Below are positions 61,141-64,000 of a DNA stretch of 64,000 nt, piece after piece. The translations under genes were made by a program, and so were the position numbers. Each line of letters begins with the position of its first letter. Position 1 is the first letter of the stretch. The stretch is from Azolla caroliniana. Lineage: Eukaryota; Plantae; Polypodiophyta. The notes below the pieces were generated by a model, which did not search any database, was not told the DNA's origin, and saw only the letters and a list, made by a program, of their open reading frames with translations. The stretch spans positions 13,950,001 to 14,014,000 of the forward strand of contig JBHGNT010000008.1 in NCBI GenBank assembly GCA_043228905.1, in the 5' to 3' direction.

Positions 61141-64000
61141 ATCACTAAAGACAAGATTAAACACAAAAAAGTAATATAAACACACCTGCTGCTACTCCCC
61201 GATCTACGAGACATCCTTGTATGGGACTCCAAGGACTTCGCCCTATTCGATTTTGGGGAAATATGAACCGGCACCAAAGTTCAGACAGTAGTCAAAAAGA
61301 GAAAACAAATTTTTGGGGTTTCTGTAACTGAAATATACCTGGACGATGATCGAGCGGGTTCTGTGTTGTAGCTCTCAATCTGCAATGTCGATTTTCTGCT
61401 GCTGCGAGAGCTACGTCTGCGTTCGTGCTTTGAGTACTCCATCTGCGTTCAAAATCAAACTTAGGCTAAACAGGCAATTGATGACATTGAAGTCAACCTT
61501 AGATGATGGTGCTATTCCCCAAGTTCCACTACGTCTAAAACAGAAGTTCAAATATTTGAGTTTTTTCATAAATTAGTTTTTAAAATATTTGATTTTCCCA
61601 CAAAAAAGACTAGCTAAACAAATAGCTAATTAGCTATGGCCATTTTAGTAGCTATTTAGCTATAATAGTGTTTCCACTCACATGCTTTTACCCATAATGT
61701 CGTTGGCTGATCAGTATGCCTTCGGGGGTTCGGATCACTTCGATCCCGACAAAGTAATGAAGGTCCCCCAGGTCCTTCATATCAAATGATGCCACAAGCT
61801 GGAGCTTTACGCGATCAATTTCTCCTAGGTCAACGTTGGCGATGACCAAGTAATCAACATAAAGTAAAATACTAACTGGCCCAAGTCGACCTTGCTAGAC
61901 AAACAATGAAGAGTCTGATTTGGACGTCACAAATCCCATCCGACGCAATCGTTGTGTGATCTTCGCGTTCCAGGCACGCGGGGCTTGCTTTAGTCTGTAA
62001 AGGGACTTCTTCAACTGGCATATTGCCGAAGTGTTCGTTTCGGTGTGAAATCCACATGTACACTTGTTCCTCAAGCTCGCCTTGCAGGAACACATACTTT
62101 ACATCCATCTGATGTAAATGTCACCCCTTTGTCGTAGCTCCCGCAAGCAAAACACTAACGGTCGTCATCTTCGCGACTGGCATAAACGTCTCATCGTAAT
62201 CGATGCCATGTTGTTGCGCGTAGCCTTTTGCTACTAATCGGGCCTTGTATCTTTTGACTGAGCCGTCGGTGTTCTACTTGACCTTGTACACCCACCTACA
62301 TCCAATCAGCTTTACACCCTTGGGGGCGTCAACCAGGTCCCAAGTTTCGTTCTCCGTAAATGCGTTCATCTCTTCCTCCATGGCGGGATGCCAATTCGCG
62401 TCCTTTGCCGCTTCTGCATAGATCTCGGGCTCAAGCACTTTCGTTACGCGTGTCACGTACGCATATTGATGCGCCATGTACTCGTTGTATCCAAACCACA
62501 CAACAGGGTTCTTCTGGCGGGTAGATCGGCATAATTGCGCATTAGCTGATGTTGAGGCCGTTCTGGCCGACGCGGATTTCGCTCTTGAAGGCCCGTCAAT
62601 GCTCTTCTCGGAGTTGGATTCGCGTCAATCCGACTCATCCTTATCCGTGTCGTACTCCGGCATCTTCATCTTTCCCTTTTCTTTGTGCGTAAGCCATCTC
62701 TTCGGCTTCCTGCACAGGGAATGCACGGCTGAGTCTCCACTACTCGCCGGCTCTTCATCTGACTGGTCAAACCGACTCAGTCGCTTATTCGGTCCACTTA
62801 GCCGAAATGAAGTCAAACTCTCTTCAAGAGTTCCAACTTCGCGTTCATCAGGAGGCATCTCAGCCTCGCTGACCTTATCTTCAGAACTCATATTGGAGCT
62901 GAGGTCTAGAGTAGGAGGCAAATACCAAGACGCGGACTCATCGAACACAACATCGCGACTTACGCGACCTGGTTTGATTCCGGAGTTATAACACTTATAA
63001 CCCTTCTGTTCGTCCAAGTAGCCGACCAAGATACTCTTCTCGGCTTTCGCATCTAGCTTCTCCTTCGGCACATGCACATACGCGATGCTACTGAAAACCC
63101 TCAAGTGTCGTAGATTCAACATCCTTCTGAAATACAGCTCATGTGCGACACTTTTTCGCCGATCCTATTCTGGATGTAGAGCAGTTCAGACCGCTTCGGC
63201 CCAATAGAACTTGGGCAAGCTCTTTTCTTCGAGCATTTCCCGCGCTGCTTCCACAATCGACCGATTCTTCCTTTTGGCGCTATTTTGCTCTAACGTATAC
63301 CTGCAACTGAATTCGCGCTGAATTCCCATTTGTTGCAGATAACTGTTGAATTGGCCGGAAAAGTACTCTTTTTCGCCATCCGACCGCAGGCATTTCATCT
63401 TCCTCCCTGTTTCCCTTTTGGCAAGATTTTTGAGGTTCCAGAAACAGTCGAAGACTTCACTCTTCTTTTCAATGACGTAGATCCATGTGTGTCGGGTGTA
63501 GTCATCGATGAAGGAGACGGAATATCAACTCCCACCAAGACTCACGTTCTATGTCAGTCCCCATACATCTTAATGTATCAAGTCGAGCTTATTTCGGCTC
63601 CGATTACTCTCGTTGAGGAAAGGAAGTCAGTGTTGTTTCCCTAGCTGGCAAGCTTCACAAAGTTGGGGCTTTCGACCACTCAATTTTGGCAATCCGAACA
63701 CAACTTGTCTCGATTGCAGGTCCTGAAGCCTTTGGTAGTTGACATGGCCTATCCGCTTATGCCACAAGTCGATATACGACTCGACTTTTTGCCCTTTCGC
63801 GATCATGGCGGTACCTACATCATTGGTATCGATGATGAACATCCTCCCATATCTGCACCCTTGCGGCCTTCTTCCTCGATGAAGCACCTGAGATGCGTGA
63901 ACCAGACTTGCATCCCCTGGTCGACGATCTGTCCGACCGACGCCAAATTCTTCGTTATTGTCGGGACATGTAACACGTTCATTAGCTTCCCTTTTTGCCA

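Larger units (their letters stand above)
53659..61442 (-). pseudogene. Transposon accessory multi-exon gene: S/R-rich N-terminus, unknown domain, coiled-coil, C-terminal RING-H2 finger; disrupted by a Copia insertion
   Basis: Exons 61442-61339, 61242-61186, 60356-59675, 59591(or 59579)-59448 and 59363-59124 plus 53772-53659. All four introns are GT-AG with compatible phases (2, 2, 0, 0). The rejoined C-terminus reads CIACGLGVEDKTASLLVHLQPCNHTYHLLCFQHACRIVALCLGDC. One TAG at 60119-60121. Confidence 0.75.
44160..61693. mobile_element. Large cut-and-paste DNA transposon, Sola2-like, carrying accessory genes
   Basis: 25-bp TIRs GGGTGAAAGCATGCGAGTGGAAACA (44160-44184) and TGTTTCCACTCACATGCTTTTACCC (61669-61693), 23/25 match. 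4-bp TSD ATAA (44156-44159, 61694-61697). Excision restores the host Copia RT frame. Internal DDD transposase. Confidence 0.9.
42521..64000 (-). mobile_element. Decayed Ty1/Copia retrotransposon (3' LTR ~42521-42865), interrupted by the DNA transposon and continuing beyond the window
   Basis: PPT AAGGGGGAG then TGTTGAG on the minus strand at 42865. RT end and RNase H at 43400-44159 (YTDADWAG, NPVFHARTKHIEV). RT, integrase and GAG-pre-integrase at 61698-64000. Removing 44160-61697 rejoins GILISQRHYVLSTLFKFGM. Confidence 0.9.

Noticed and set aside
44160-61693. piggyBac, CACTA, hAT, Mutator or Helitron classification
   Set aside because: Termini are GGG..CCC with an ATAA TSD, not CCC..GGG/TTAA, CACTA/3 bp, or 8-9 bp TSDs. 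There is no Rep/helicase, and the transposase motifs fit Sola2.

Overview
A 64-kb block of eukaryotic DNA made almost entirely of nested transposable elements, with no recognisable host gene, RNA gene or CRISPR array. The element types (Tat-like Gypsy with an extra RNase H, self-priming Tcn1-like chromovirus) suggest a non-seed land plant such as a fern or lycophyte; this is inference. About nine Ty1/Copia and Ty3/Gypsy LTR retrotransposons and three solo LTRs can be delimited, most of them by TG..CA ends and 5-bp target-site duplications (TSDs). The standout is a 17.5-kb DNA transposon at 44160-61693 (about 11.8 kb without two later LTR insertions), inserted into a Copia RT with 25-bp GGG..CCC TIRs and an ATAA TSD. 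It encodes an intron-split Sola2-type DDD transposase on the + strand. On the - strand it carries spliced accessory coding sequence: a coiled-coil plus RING-H2 protein (rebuilt across a Copia insertion) and an FCP1/NIF-like HAD pseudo-phosphatase. Its long introns and spacers are filled by arrays of the palindrome TAGCTAATTAGCTA, which also flanks both TIRs, and by a telo-box (AAACCCTAAT) array. Other notable items are a self-priming PBS and a -1 frameshift signal in the chromovirus, and a three-LTR chimeric Copia. Family names come from motif recognition by eye, not database searches.
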